Below, one piece after another: positions 23,036 to 33,527 of a stretch of DNA of 64,000 nt. Within the stretch, counting starts at the first letter, position 1, and the number at the start of each line of letters is the position of its first letter. Made by a program: the position numbers and the translations under genes. This stretch comes from Folioceros fuciformis (taxonomy: Eukaryota): the NCBI GenBank assembly GCA_049999805.1, contig JBNGIO010005874.1, forward strand, positions 29,609 through 93,608, read 5' to 3'. The notes beneath the pieces were generated by a model, which was not told where the DNA came from, did not search any database, and saw only the letters and a list, made by a program, of their open reading frames with translations.

Positions 23036-23914
23036 ATGTCGAAGGTAGCGAAAGCGTTGTCGAGGGTTCCAAAGAAGAATCGTTTCGGATCCCATGAGAG
23101 CCTGCTTCGATCCAGCGGGTGGCTGGCGGACAAGCTGTCTGCAGAGTCAGGTTCGGGAGAAGCAGGTGCTCGAAGCAGATCCACGCCGTCCTTGACGTAT
23201 TTGGCTATGCTGCATTATTTCCGTTGCAAGAACCACCTGGGGTTCAACGCGGATTCTGTTCTACAGTCTGTTGGCCAATTTGTGAAGAATGGCGGCGATG
23301 CGCCAAGTGTTTCCAGGACAGTCACGGGTGTTGCAGCGGTGAGAAGAGGAGCTAATGTTTCCGGCGGCGCTAGCTATTCCAGATTGCTGTATCAGGATGT
23401 GAACTTGAAGCAGTATTTGAGCACGGTGCAGCCTCCAAGGAAAAACTCCACCGGGTTGCGTCCCGGCAGGGTTGTTGTTCATCACTACCCGCAGAAGACG
23501 GCTGTCCATCTGTTTACTCCGGATGAAGTGTCGCCGCAAACGTTGAAGCAAGTGGCGTCGGTGTTGTCTGCTGCCTCGAATTGTAGTGTTGTTTTGAGAA
23601 CTGTGAAGATGCAGTCCATCTACCAAAGTGCTTCCTTGATTGCTCAGGACATCTGTTTACAGCTGGAACAGAGGAAACAGTTTCGGAGCATTACGCAAGC
23701 ACTTTTCAAGCAGTTGAAACGGGAGCCTTATGTTGAGGGAATTCGAGTCATATGCTCGGGGAGGATTAACGGCGCGCTGATAGCTCGCAGTGAAAGACGA
23801 GGCTATGGTCCTCTGACTTTGCAGTCTTTCAGCGCTAAAGTGGAACACGCCCAGGCTCAAGCCCAGCTTCCTTACGGTATCCTTGGAATCAAGGTTTGGG
23901 TGAGCTACGTGTGA
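23036..23914 (+). CDS. rps3: Nuclear-encoded mitochondrial ribosomal protein S3 (uS3m), intronless, apparently with rearranged segments
   Basis: YSRLLYQDVNLKQYL...GLRPGRVVVHHYPQKT (plant mitochondrial S3 N-domain signature) and S3_C domain SIYQSASLIAQDI..LEQRKQFRSI..VEGIRVICSGRINGALIARSE..YGILGIKVWVSY. Confidence 0.9.
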   Translation: MSKVAKALSRVPKKNRFGSHESLLRSSGWLADKLSAESGSGEAGARSRSTPSLTYLAMLHYFRCKNHLGFNADSVLQSVGQFVKNGGDAPSVSRTVTGVAAVRRGANVSGGASYSRLLYQDVNLKQYLSTVQPPRKNSTGLRPGRVVVHHYPQKTAVHLFTPDEVSPQTLKQVASVLSAASNCSVVLRTVKMQSIYQSASLIAQDICLQLEQRKQFRSITQALFKQLKREPYVEGIRVICSGRINGALIARSERRGYGPLTLQSFSAKVEHAQAQAQLPYGILGIKVWVSYV

Positions 23915-24477
23915 CGAGGAATAGGGGAGTTCACCATCTGAGTAGTGAGGGCAAAGCGTGCTGTGAGCATGATGGAGGGGATAACAAGGCGAGCGGACCC
24001 CGGGCATCTGGTTTGTGCAATCTGGGGCTATGAGCTCCCATCACGTCTAAGTTAATGTGGTGGACATGCATTAGCCAGTACTATGCTGTGAGAAACTTTT
24101 TCTCACCTGCTGATTCGGGTCTGCCTTTCAAGTGTAGCCTCCCCCTCCTGGCCAGGGAGAAACGCAGCACAAAGCTACAGGCTGCAATGGAGCGGGCAAG
24201 GATGGGCACTCTGTTTACCATTCAGCTTCTGTAGAGCAAGAACCTGGGTGCGGATTGGTAGGAAGAAACTGGGTGTCGATTGGTAGCAAGTACACAACTG
24301 TAAAGGTAGACGACGAAGAAGTCTTGCACAATTCGATATAGACGTTCTTTACGTACCAACAAGGAATTTAAGTGACAACGCACAATGTACAGGCATCTTA
24401 GAGCTTAAAACGCTTGGCCAACTCTACGGACATATCAGACGAGATTTCCCAACCAACACGGAACTTGCCATTCTTGG

Positions 24478-27400
24478 TTAATCAACGTCCTCCTGAGGCT
24501 TGACAAATCGCACCGGCACGGCTGGTATGCTATACCACCATTCCCTGAACCTGCGAATCAATCGCTCCGTGTTTTCCTCTCGGAGTTGCAGTCGCCTGGT
24601 GAAGAGTTCCCAGAATGCCACCAAGAAGATGAATCTAAAGGGGACTAGGGCGAAGACTAGTGCTAGGCCCAAAAGGACAGCAACCACTGTGTTCGTAGCC
24701 TGAAGAGAATTCGAATGCGTGCAATCAGAGACACCCTACAGAGCAGATATTTGCGCCGAAAATGCCTAACAGGAGTAAAAACATATTTGAACATGGTTTA
24801 TACCTGTGGGTATGCCGATAAGCCGATAGACCTTACTTTCAGAAGCAAAATGTTGGCACTCTGGAGTAGTCCTTCAACTTGTGCGAGAGCTTGCTGCAGT
24901 GCCAACAACTGCTGTACACTGTTCTGTCCCTGAGGGGTAGATACCACGAGCTCCACATTTCCATGGTGACGGCCTGACCGAAGCCAGACTATCAAACCGA
25001 CAGCAGATAACAACAGTAAAGGGATACAGTAGTCCAACCAATCTCTGCACCAAAATTCAAGTTAGAGTCCGCTTGCCACAGCAGCATACGATTCAGAAAA
25101 ACAGACTCTTGAAACGGCTGCAAAATTTCGGACCTGTAGACAATGTATGTAACAAGTCCACAAAAGAATAAGGTCTTGCTAGGTTCCTCCCAGGCGAGGA
25201 GTGCTTGAAACCACGTTAGTACACTGACGACGGGTAGCAGCAACTCCTGTGCACAACAGTTAGGGTTAGCCCAAGCATGAGACCCAAACACCAGAGGCTA
25301 TGCAACACCCTCAACAAACACCACACTCATGCAGCTGGACTTTGGTTCCCAACAAATCATCTGGGCATACCCGCACAGGCAAGCAAGAGGGAAGGGAAAG
25401 ATATCTCCTCACGGATTACCTGTAGTACCGCAAAATTTGTACCAATGCCTTTGGCATCAACTTTTAATCCGTCAACACTAGCTTTAGCCAGCTGCACCTT
25501 CCGATGACTGTCCCGCGACTGGACTACCGCTTTCTCCAGAGGAGTAAGCTCGCCAATCAGGACCTCTCCCACACACACTGGCTGCTCCTTCTGTGCCCTT
25601 TTTGGGCTGTTCACAGCTAAACTGTCAACAGCATGCACTGCTGACGTAGAGGAAATCGGATAGCCATCTTGCCGAGTGAAGTAATTGTCCATGTAATCAT
25701 TGCTACCAATCTCAGCTGCATGCAGCCTGTCAGCTAGTGCTTTCAAAACCAGATCCCCACCTGGTATCTCTTCTGCCAATGAGAAAGTCAGGAGTTTTTC
25801 TGGTCTTACAGGCAAGGTGCGAAAGACCTCTTTTGTGGCTCGTAGGCGAGCAATGCCAAGAACAGCCTTTGCAAGGGCCTCTGCTCTACCCACACTTTCA
25901 AGCTGATTGCCTCTGATGAACTGATGTACAAAAATAACTTCTCGAATGATGGACAACCAGTATTCACGCCTGGTTCTTCCCACCAGTTCTGGAAACTCCA
26001 ACACGACCGGCTCAGGCCTGCAAAATATGTTTCCGCTGTCTCAGAGGCTTTGAGCTGAGAAAAGTGGAGAGAAAACAGATAACATACAGAAAAAAAACGC
26101 TTACGTAGAAGGAGACTTGTACAACACAGCCTTGTCAAACAGGCGAGCACCCCAAGGACCAGTTAATACCGGTTTGACTGTGTGGCGAAGGTCAGCAGAC
26201 AGATCATACTTCTTAGCTTTGTCATAGGATACAACACCCGTTGCTTCAAAGTAAAGTGCTTGATCTGTCAATGTTAGCCGCCCTGCAAAACCAGAATGCA
26301 ACACATCATTCCGAGGAAATAAAGGTTGAAAGGTAAGTGCGGGAACAAAGCTAAGTGCATTTTTGATCGACAAAACGAAACAGATCCAGACCGGGCCAAG
26401 TAGAAAGTCCAATATGTTGCAAGACTGGCTGAGTTGTGGCAGTTCCATCGATGTCTATGACTGTCTCTCCTGGTGCAAGTTTGAGAGTTGTGACCAGATT
26501 TGTTGTGACTTGCTTCTTTATCCCCTTGATTGACCTTCATGGCAGCCAAGAATTCCAGCTTATAAGCTGCAATGTAGAAGCTGTGGACCAGGCAACACAA
26601 AAACACGCCACCTTACAGGTCTATGAAACTGGCATAGGAAAACATCAATAGCCTCACTTATCAAGCTCTCCCAGGTATTTGTCCCAGACCGGGAAGGCTA
26701 GCCGATTGCCAGTCGATGAGGTGAGAGCTTCAAACTGGCAGTGCACACTGATTGTATCCGCAGCCACAGGTATGGCCGGGGCCAGCCTTGCAAATGATTC
26801 CAGGCCCACTGTGCTTTCAACGTCTACCTGCAAAGGGTCAAGTTGACCACATAAGTTGCTAAGCGAACAACACAACTCTCGAAAAGTGCGAGATGCTTCT
26901 CTAAGTGTAGTTCATTGAGATTTATATGGCCAGTGCATCTTACAACAGTTCTGACCAGGCGGCAACGGATACCCGCCACATACAATGAAGGCTTTAGTTC
27001 TAGCTTCCCAAGTCCCAATTACCTTTGCTAGCATTGGCATCAAATCAGTATAGAACAAAGCCGGGTCCTCATCATCATCATCATCACCATCCTCATCCTC
27101 ATCCTCATCCCCATCAACCTCCAAGGAGCCTTGATTGGATTTGCTGGAATCATCATCAGTCTGTCATGACAGGTAGGGGGTGCGGATATTAACGAATCCA
27201 TGTGATTGAGCAATATTCCCCCACCCCCTCGCTGTTAATACAACTCAGCTGCAACAGTTCATGCTCTGCCTACATTTCCTTGTCCTCAGATCAGCTTCTT
27301 TGAGCCTGTTAAATATCACATTCCGTAACTGATGTAAACCAGCTAGTATGCAATACGTGCTTCCTTCATTAGAACTAAACGCTTGCAGGAAATCAGAGAG

Positions 27401-27927
27401 TCAGCATCGAATATTAGTGCCTGACCTTCACAGCCGGCTTATTTGCAACACCAGGGGCATCCCAGGCTAGCATCATGTCGAACGTGAAGCGTCGAAAATC
27501 CCTGTCATGCAAATGGTCCGTAACCGTGGCAATTGCAAGCGCCTTGAAGCAGCAGTACTCCAAAAGATTGCGTGCATATCGTGCTGGCTGCTTAGCCGAA
27601 GCAGGTGCCTCATCATCAAAATCCCTCTGCAAATCCTCGGTATCCAACACGAGAATCCTGCAAGCAAACCATCAGCGTCTCTCCAACTCCAATCCTCCTC
27701 ACGCTCCAGCACACTCCAACACCCAAACACAGAACCAAAAAAACAGGCCCTCACCGTGCACATTTCCCTACGACAACATTTGCCAGCGAAGAAAGTTCCT
27801 TGATCCACTTCCGCCCTGACGAAGTCCGCCCTAGGCTCCGTTGACTGTCATCCTTGTATGTGCTCTTCACCGACTGGTCTCCCATGAGGGACTCCATGAA
27901 AACCCTGCCCTTGTTCAGCAGCGCCAT
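24478..27927 (-). CDS. DUF639-family plant protein (multi-exon)
   Basis: MALLNKGR...KWIKELSSLANVVVGKCAR; YARNLLEYCCFKAL..FRRFTFDMMLAW; STVGLESFARLAP; GRLTLTDQALYFE; LTGPWGARLFDKAVLYKS; EFPEL..RREYWLSIIREV; GIGTNFAV; RRFREWWYSIPAVPV. Confidence 0.92.
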
Positions 27928-28602
27928 CTCGAGCTCTCACCACAAACCCCTGATCCCACCCTCAACCACTGCCAGGAGTCTCCCTCTCCATCCAGGTTGC
28001 AAATTCGTCACTCCCGCAGCCGCAAAACTCCTGCAAATTGTCCAGGACATCCGAATTCCCGACCTCCACCATACCCACCAGGGTGGCTTCCTGCCCGACT
28101 CCACACAGCCTTCCTCCGGCACCCAATTCCAATCCCGGCTGTAATTCAAACGAACTTCGCTCGAAACGTCTCATACACGCACCCAATTCGGGAATGCAGG
28201 CTGTACTGCAGAACAGCCGCGGCAGTCCGAGATATAGCAGGGGCGTGCCTTGTACAACAGAACGCGACACGATTCAGTCACACAGGAGAAGGCGAAGAGG
28301 GGGAGAAGCCCCTTCGCGTGGGCGAGCCCCTTGGCTTTCCAAACACCCGGGATGCACAGACGGATGAGATCGCGGTAAATGCCTGACGATGAATCTGCCA
28401 GTCACACTTGGCATTTGCCGTGCCCCCTTCTCCTGCCGTGCTTCTCTCTCCTCGGCCACTCCAACGTTTACAAGTTACCGATGAATTCGTCCAGGCATTC
28501 GTATTAGTGCAAATTGGGGTGGTTTGAATCGAGATTCCAGAATCCACCATGTTCGATCAAGTTTTGTTTCTAGCTGTCCTGCTCTACCAGAGTTACGAAA
28601 AG

Positions 28603-29618
28603 TCACTTCTTCCTCTGTGGAAGTCGTTGCACGACCACCTGCAGCCAGGAGGTAGCAGGTGAGGGTTGGGATCTGGAAACCTTGGGACGAGACTGATTTG
28701 ACACCACACCCACCTTGCCGCTGTTGGTCTTGTCCCCAACGATGGTTTGGCAGGAAAGCCTCCAGTTGTCTGGTTTCTGTGAAAGGATTAGCAACCGGAA
28801 GGACCATCAGGCCAGACGTTGTGGGATGCATACGTTGGACATTCGTTTTAGCAAATTAGACTGACCTTCTTTAAGTACTTGTTCTCTGCATCCGTCCTGT
28901 CGTTCAGAAGCCCCTGACCCTCGAGAATCTGCGTCAAAGAAGGGTCTAGGGAGCTCCAGTCAGCTTGTGAGAGGAGGCTTCACTTGGTGGAGCCCAGCAA
29001 GACTGAAGAAGATAGACCTGAACGATGCAAGTGCCGCAGCTGCCACCTCCTCCACAGTTCATGACTTTCCCCTGCCACATCCGTTGCATGCATCAAACCG
29101 GCAATGGACAAGAGGAACATGCCCTTGTGTCAGATTGCAGGAAAATGCGTACCCACGTATCATACAGCTCGAGCTTGCTGTCCTTCATGATGGTTCTCAG
29201 CACTTTGTCCCCACTCACTGCGGACACTGTTTGCACTTCGCCACCTGCATTAGGCTACAGCATGTTGCACAAATGGGCATCACAGAAGCCTCCTAATCCT
29301 AATCCTAGTGCAAATGTGCTGGATTGGATGTGCACACAAGTCCAGGCTCACCGACAGAAATCGAAGCTCGATGATGGGGGGCCCTTGCGGCTGCTCGACT
29401 GTGCTCTCTGGAGAGCTTGTGGAAACGCTGACATCGGCACTGGACGATTCCAAAGCTACCACACCCCTATGCCTGAGCCTTTGGCGCTGCCACTGCCTCG
29501 GGAGCCAAGCTCTGCTGGTGGATGGAAGATACACAGCCTGGAGGGCCACTGGTGTCCTTGGCGCAGTCTGGTGACCGGCAGCCGCGCCTGCTATCGCCAT
29601 CTGCATGGTCATCACCAT
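28603..29618 (-). CDS. Plastid 2Fe-2S ferredoxin-like protein (PnsB3/NDF4 family)
   Basis: Transit peptide, PIIELRFL, then exons SGDKVLRTIMKDSKLELY, GKVMNCGGGGSCGTCIV, LLNDRTDAENKYLKK, KPDNWRLSCQTIVGDKTNSGK, VVVQRLPQRKK*. Confidence 0.9.
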
Positions 29619-29841
29619 TCTCCACAACACACAATGACAGAAAGCGTCTCCGCGCAGGAACGAAGGGCACAGAGGAGTGAAACTAGCATCGGCTCCAAGG
29701 CTGTCGTCGTTTTGAAGCAAAGCCTTTCGGTTCACACGTTGGTTCATCGTTTCCTTCACAGAATTCTCACGTCCTACGGTTACAAAAAGCGGGCCAGCGA
29801 TGGCAATGGCAAGCAAATTCTGTGCCAGCACCACACGGTCC

Positions 29842-31071
29842 TCATGATTGGGTTTTTAGGAGCCCGGGTTTAGCCTCCTTGAATCTTTTCTGGTCTTGTA
29901 TCATGCTGTCGAAGACATCCAGGAGAGTGTCCAGGCCCTGGGTTTCTGGTTCCAGCACTCGCAGGGCAAACACAATGCTCTCGATTGTGGAGAGGCAGCC
30001 AGGCTTGGGCTGCCGCCTGACACACTGTGACATACTCGGTGCAGCTGTTGACAACTTGAAGTGCGGGAGAGAGTGAAGCCAGGGATTCTCGCAATAAATT
30101 CTGCGGGCCTTGGACCAGGTTCCGTCCAGGACGATGAGGTGGTTCACTACTGGGAGGTGGGAGACGCTACCTGCCGTCTCTCCATGTCCAGCAAGCTCTG
30201 GGGATGATGCCTCAGCTCCTCCGATGGAGGGTGACAGATGAGGCAGCAGCTCCACGGCATTGTCTGTGGGGTACAGCAGCCCTGTCCCTTCCGGCAACCT
30301 AATCCAAGATGGGACTGCAGACATGTCACCACTATTCCGAACCTGCTCAGAGACCTCTGCTGTTTCTCCATCATCCAAGCTGCCTACAGAGGGAGCGTAG
30401 GCAGAAACCCTAGATCTCCCGGACTTCTTCATGCTCACCTCCTGATACTTCTGCTGCACCTGCAGCTTCTTTCCTCCCCTTCCAGCAATGCTCCTCTTGG
30501 ATCCAGGAACCTTGGGGCGGATCCTGTAAGAAACCTGCTCATCAACCTCCGGGAGAATGATGAGCTGCACATTCTGAAGACTCAGCACGGCTATCCTGGC
30601 GGATCCCAGAGCATGGTCCCTCTCCTCAGGGTGCTGCAAGATGGTCACCCCAACCTGGTTCTTCACCACGTACTTGATCCTTCCACAGATGCAAAGAGAT
30701 GCTGGCTTCCTGCACATGACACAGAAGGGCCGCCTAGGTCTTGGCTCTCCGCTCAGCTCAACACCGTCTGCAGCATCGGTTCCTGATCCTTCCACAAGGA
30801 TGTCCTCCCCATTTGAACTCCCTCCCTTAATTCCTCGGCTAATCTTCCGTCCTTTCTCTCGTCCTTCCACAGTTGAGATACTTGGAGTGCAACACCGCTG
30901 TTCTTGTACAGACCCGCTTGACACGCTAGCGCACCTTGCTGAGAACTCTATGGCACCGTTAACAGAGCTGTGCTCACTCATCATCCCCGACGAATCCAAA
31001 TCACCCAGCGGTGGTTTCCACAAGCAGGCCCTGGGGCTCAATGCATCCATGCTCAGTCTCAATGACAGCAT
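29842..31071 (-). CDS. DTW-domain tRNA-uridine aminocarboxypropyltransferase (DTWD2/TapT-like), intronless
   Basis: CVMCRKPASLCIC, VTILQHPEE, LLYP, LIVLDGTWSKARRIY..NPWL, VRRQPKPGCLSTIESIVFAL, FDSMIQDQ; start codon uncertain. Confidence 0.92.
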   Translation of the reverse strand: MLSLRLSMDALSPRACLWKPPLGDLDSSGMMSEHSSVNGAIEFSARCASVSSGSVQEQRCCTPSISTVEGREKGRKISRGIKGGSSNGEDILVEGSGTDAADGVELSGEPRPRRPFCVMCRKPASLCICGRIKYVVKNQVGVTILQHPEERDHALGSARIAVLSLQNVQLIILPEVDEQVSYRIRPKVPGSKRSIAGRGGKKLQVQQKYQEVSMKKSGRSRVSAYAPSVGSLDDGETAEVSEQVRNSGDMSAVPSWIRLPEGTGLLYPTDNAVELLPHLSPSIGGAEASSPELAGHGETAGSVSHLPVVNHLIVLDGTWSKARRIYCENPWLHSLPHFKLSTAAPSMSQCVRRQPKPGCLSTIESIVFALRVLEPETQGLDTLLDVFDSMIQDQKRFKEAKPGLLKTQS

Positions 31072-31493
31072 AGGTGAGGTCCGAGCGACCGAACGCACAT
31101 GTCCTCTGAAGCCATCTTAGGAGGAGAACGACATGGCAGGGAGGTAAAAACCACAACTTTCAAGACCGACAGGCCTGACTCTAAAACCCTAGTTGCGCGG
31201 TCTTCGAGATGCACAAATTTTCTAGTATACAGGACTCCAGAGTAGCTGGTGGACTCATGACATCAACATGGAACACGAACACAGCAAAAAAGCTGTGTGC
31301 AAAACAGTCAAAGAGTCTGAATCTAGCATCTGCGATTCCCGTCTCAACTATCAAAGATTCTGCGGGTACCCACAGTCTATTTCCTCGAGCTTGCTATCTT
31401 CGTTACTATTTGCCTTTGAGGACGTGCTTTGTGAAGAATTGTCAGAACGGATGAGGCATAGATCAAGTGACCCGTCCGAAAAAGGAAGGTTCC

Positions 31494-33357
31494 TCACTTC
31501 TCACGAGTTTCTGCCAGCTTCAGTTCCTGCGAACAGGAAAGGAGATGTCACGATTCACAAGAGCTTGTGGGCGCAGCACGCAGAAACAAATGCAAAAAGT
31601 GAGAGTTTCAGACCTGAGACAGAGCAATCCATGCATCAAGAACTTTCTTGGCTTCACCAGACTGATGAACGTCCCTAGCCAATGTGACACCACTTTCGAA
31701 GTCTCTTGTGACACCGGCAGCCATGAGCCCCGCTCCAGCATTCAGAATCTACATGACAGAAACAAGCGAACTGTCAGCAGAGGCAAGGTGGTTTCAGGGC
31801 TAAGCCTATTGCTGAAGTATCGCACCCTTTGCCTTTGATAATCAGAACAGTTAGGACAAGAGGCAAAGAATACCAAGGCATCAGCAATTGGACCCTTCTT
31901 TCCAGCAAGGACATCTCGTAGGACTTGAGCATTGTAATCTGGACCTCCTCCTCGAAGATCCTCCAAGGTACAGCGGGGTATTCCAAAGTCCACTGAAGAA
32001 ATAGCTCAGTACAACAAAAGCCAAGATGAGAATGGCCACAACAATTAGACCTACACATCCGTCAGACAAGGCGACCTACATGGGTCGAAGACGAATCGTC
32101 GAATGCTGTCAGGTAAGACTTCCAGCGCAAACCCAGGGCCTGCCCAGTATACAACCATCCCACATCATCATGGCTTGAATCAGGCTACCGCAACAACACT
32201 ACGAACAGACTCCCACGACAATCTGACACATACCGAGAGGAGACATCTCATCCAAGCCAACAGAATTAACAACAATCGCTCTCTGCATCCCGAAAAGTTG
32301 CAGCCCCTTCGCCATCTTCTCCACCTATACAAGTCAAGACGCATCGATCTCTCTAGTATATGGTTGACATTTCCCCCTGAGGCACAGGTGACCGTGAAAC
32401 ATGCAAGTGACCTAGCTGGTCATTCACAACTTTACTGCGTGCTGCATCAAGATCCGGAAAACATGCACAGATGATCCAGAAAGGAACACTGTGAACAGCA
32501 CACAGCAACGGTCAGGAAACCATTACTCATGGAAGACAAGGCAGAGGACTTACTAGGCTCTCGGTGTAGACACCAACAATGGCAAATGGGGACCTGGCAG
32601 GATTCAGCATTGGCCCCAAGATGTTGAACACGGTCTTCACCTTCAGCGATTTCCTTACAGGACTCACAAGCTTCATAGCAGGATGGTACCTGGGCCCCAT
32701 CATAAACCCCACCTTTACCTCCTCCACGCACCTCCTGATGCCCTCCGGCCCAAGATCCACAGCCACACCCAAAGCCTCCAGCACATCAGCACTCCCACAA
32801 GCCGAGGACGACGATCGGTTTCCAACCTTGGCAACGTTAGCCCCACATGCAGCTGCCAAGATGCAAGCTCCAGTCGAAATGTTCACGGTGTTGGCACCGT
32901 CCCCTCCGGTACCCACAATGTCCAGCGTCCCTGACAGCCCAGAAACTCGGACGCTCCTCTTCAGCATCGCCCTAGCCAGCCCTGTAATTTCCTCAGACGT
33001 CTCCCCCTTGGCCCGCAGGAGCACCAGGAATGCGCTGATCTGAGCCGCCTCCGCCCCGTCCAGCAGGCCCTCCATCACCGCCTCCGCCTGGGCGTCCGTC
33101 AGATCCGTCTTGCTCAGCAGAAGCTCGATCACGCGCTGGATCGTGAGCGAAGCCGGGGCTGCCAGCCCCGCTTCATGAACAGCTGCCCGGCAGCGCAGAC
33201 CTGAGGCAATCCAGGGCAGCCTCCCCCGCATTGGCAGCTGCCCAACACCGTATACGACACCCGGCCGAACTCGAGCTCCACATCCCTCTCTACTCCATCT
33301 ACAAGCTCCCGACTTCGCGGAAGCCGCCATGGCGGCGTGCAGAGCTGCCGAAGCCAT
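31494..33357 (-). CDS. PAT1: Anthranilate phosphoribosyltransferase, plastid (TrpD/PAT1)
   Basis: [72 protein letters not shown]; downstream exons [25 protein letters not shown]; last exon [10 protein letters not shown]. Confidence 0.96.
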
Positions 33358-33527
33358 AGGGGCGAGCAAATCGAGGCACACATCGGATTAGGTGGGAGAC
33401 CAATCTATCTATATAGCCCAATCCTCCTCCCAGGGAATCAGGGATCGACAGACTCTCGGAATCTGTGTTTACTAACTCGTCCGTCGGGCGAGAATCGACA
33501 GGGAAGGAGAACTGGGAGGGAGTAAAG

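Noticed and set aside
23036-23914. rps3 as a recent NUMT
   Set aside because: GC level matches nuclear genes, the sequence is strongly diverged, and no flanking mitochondrial genes (rps19, rpl16) are present.
29025-29873. 282-aa plus-strand ORF
   Set aside because: Antisense to the ferredoxin-like gene; no recognisable features.
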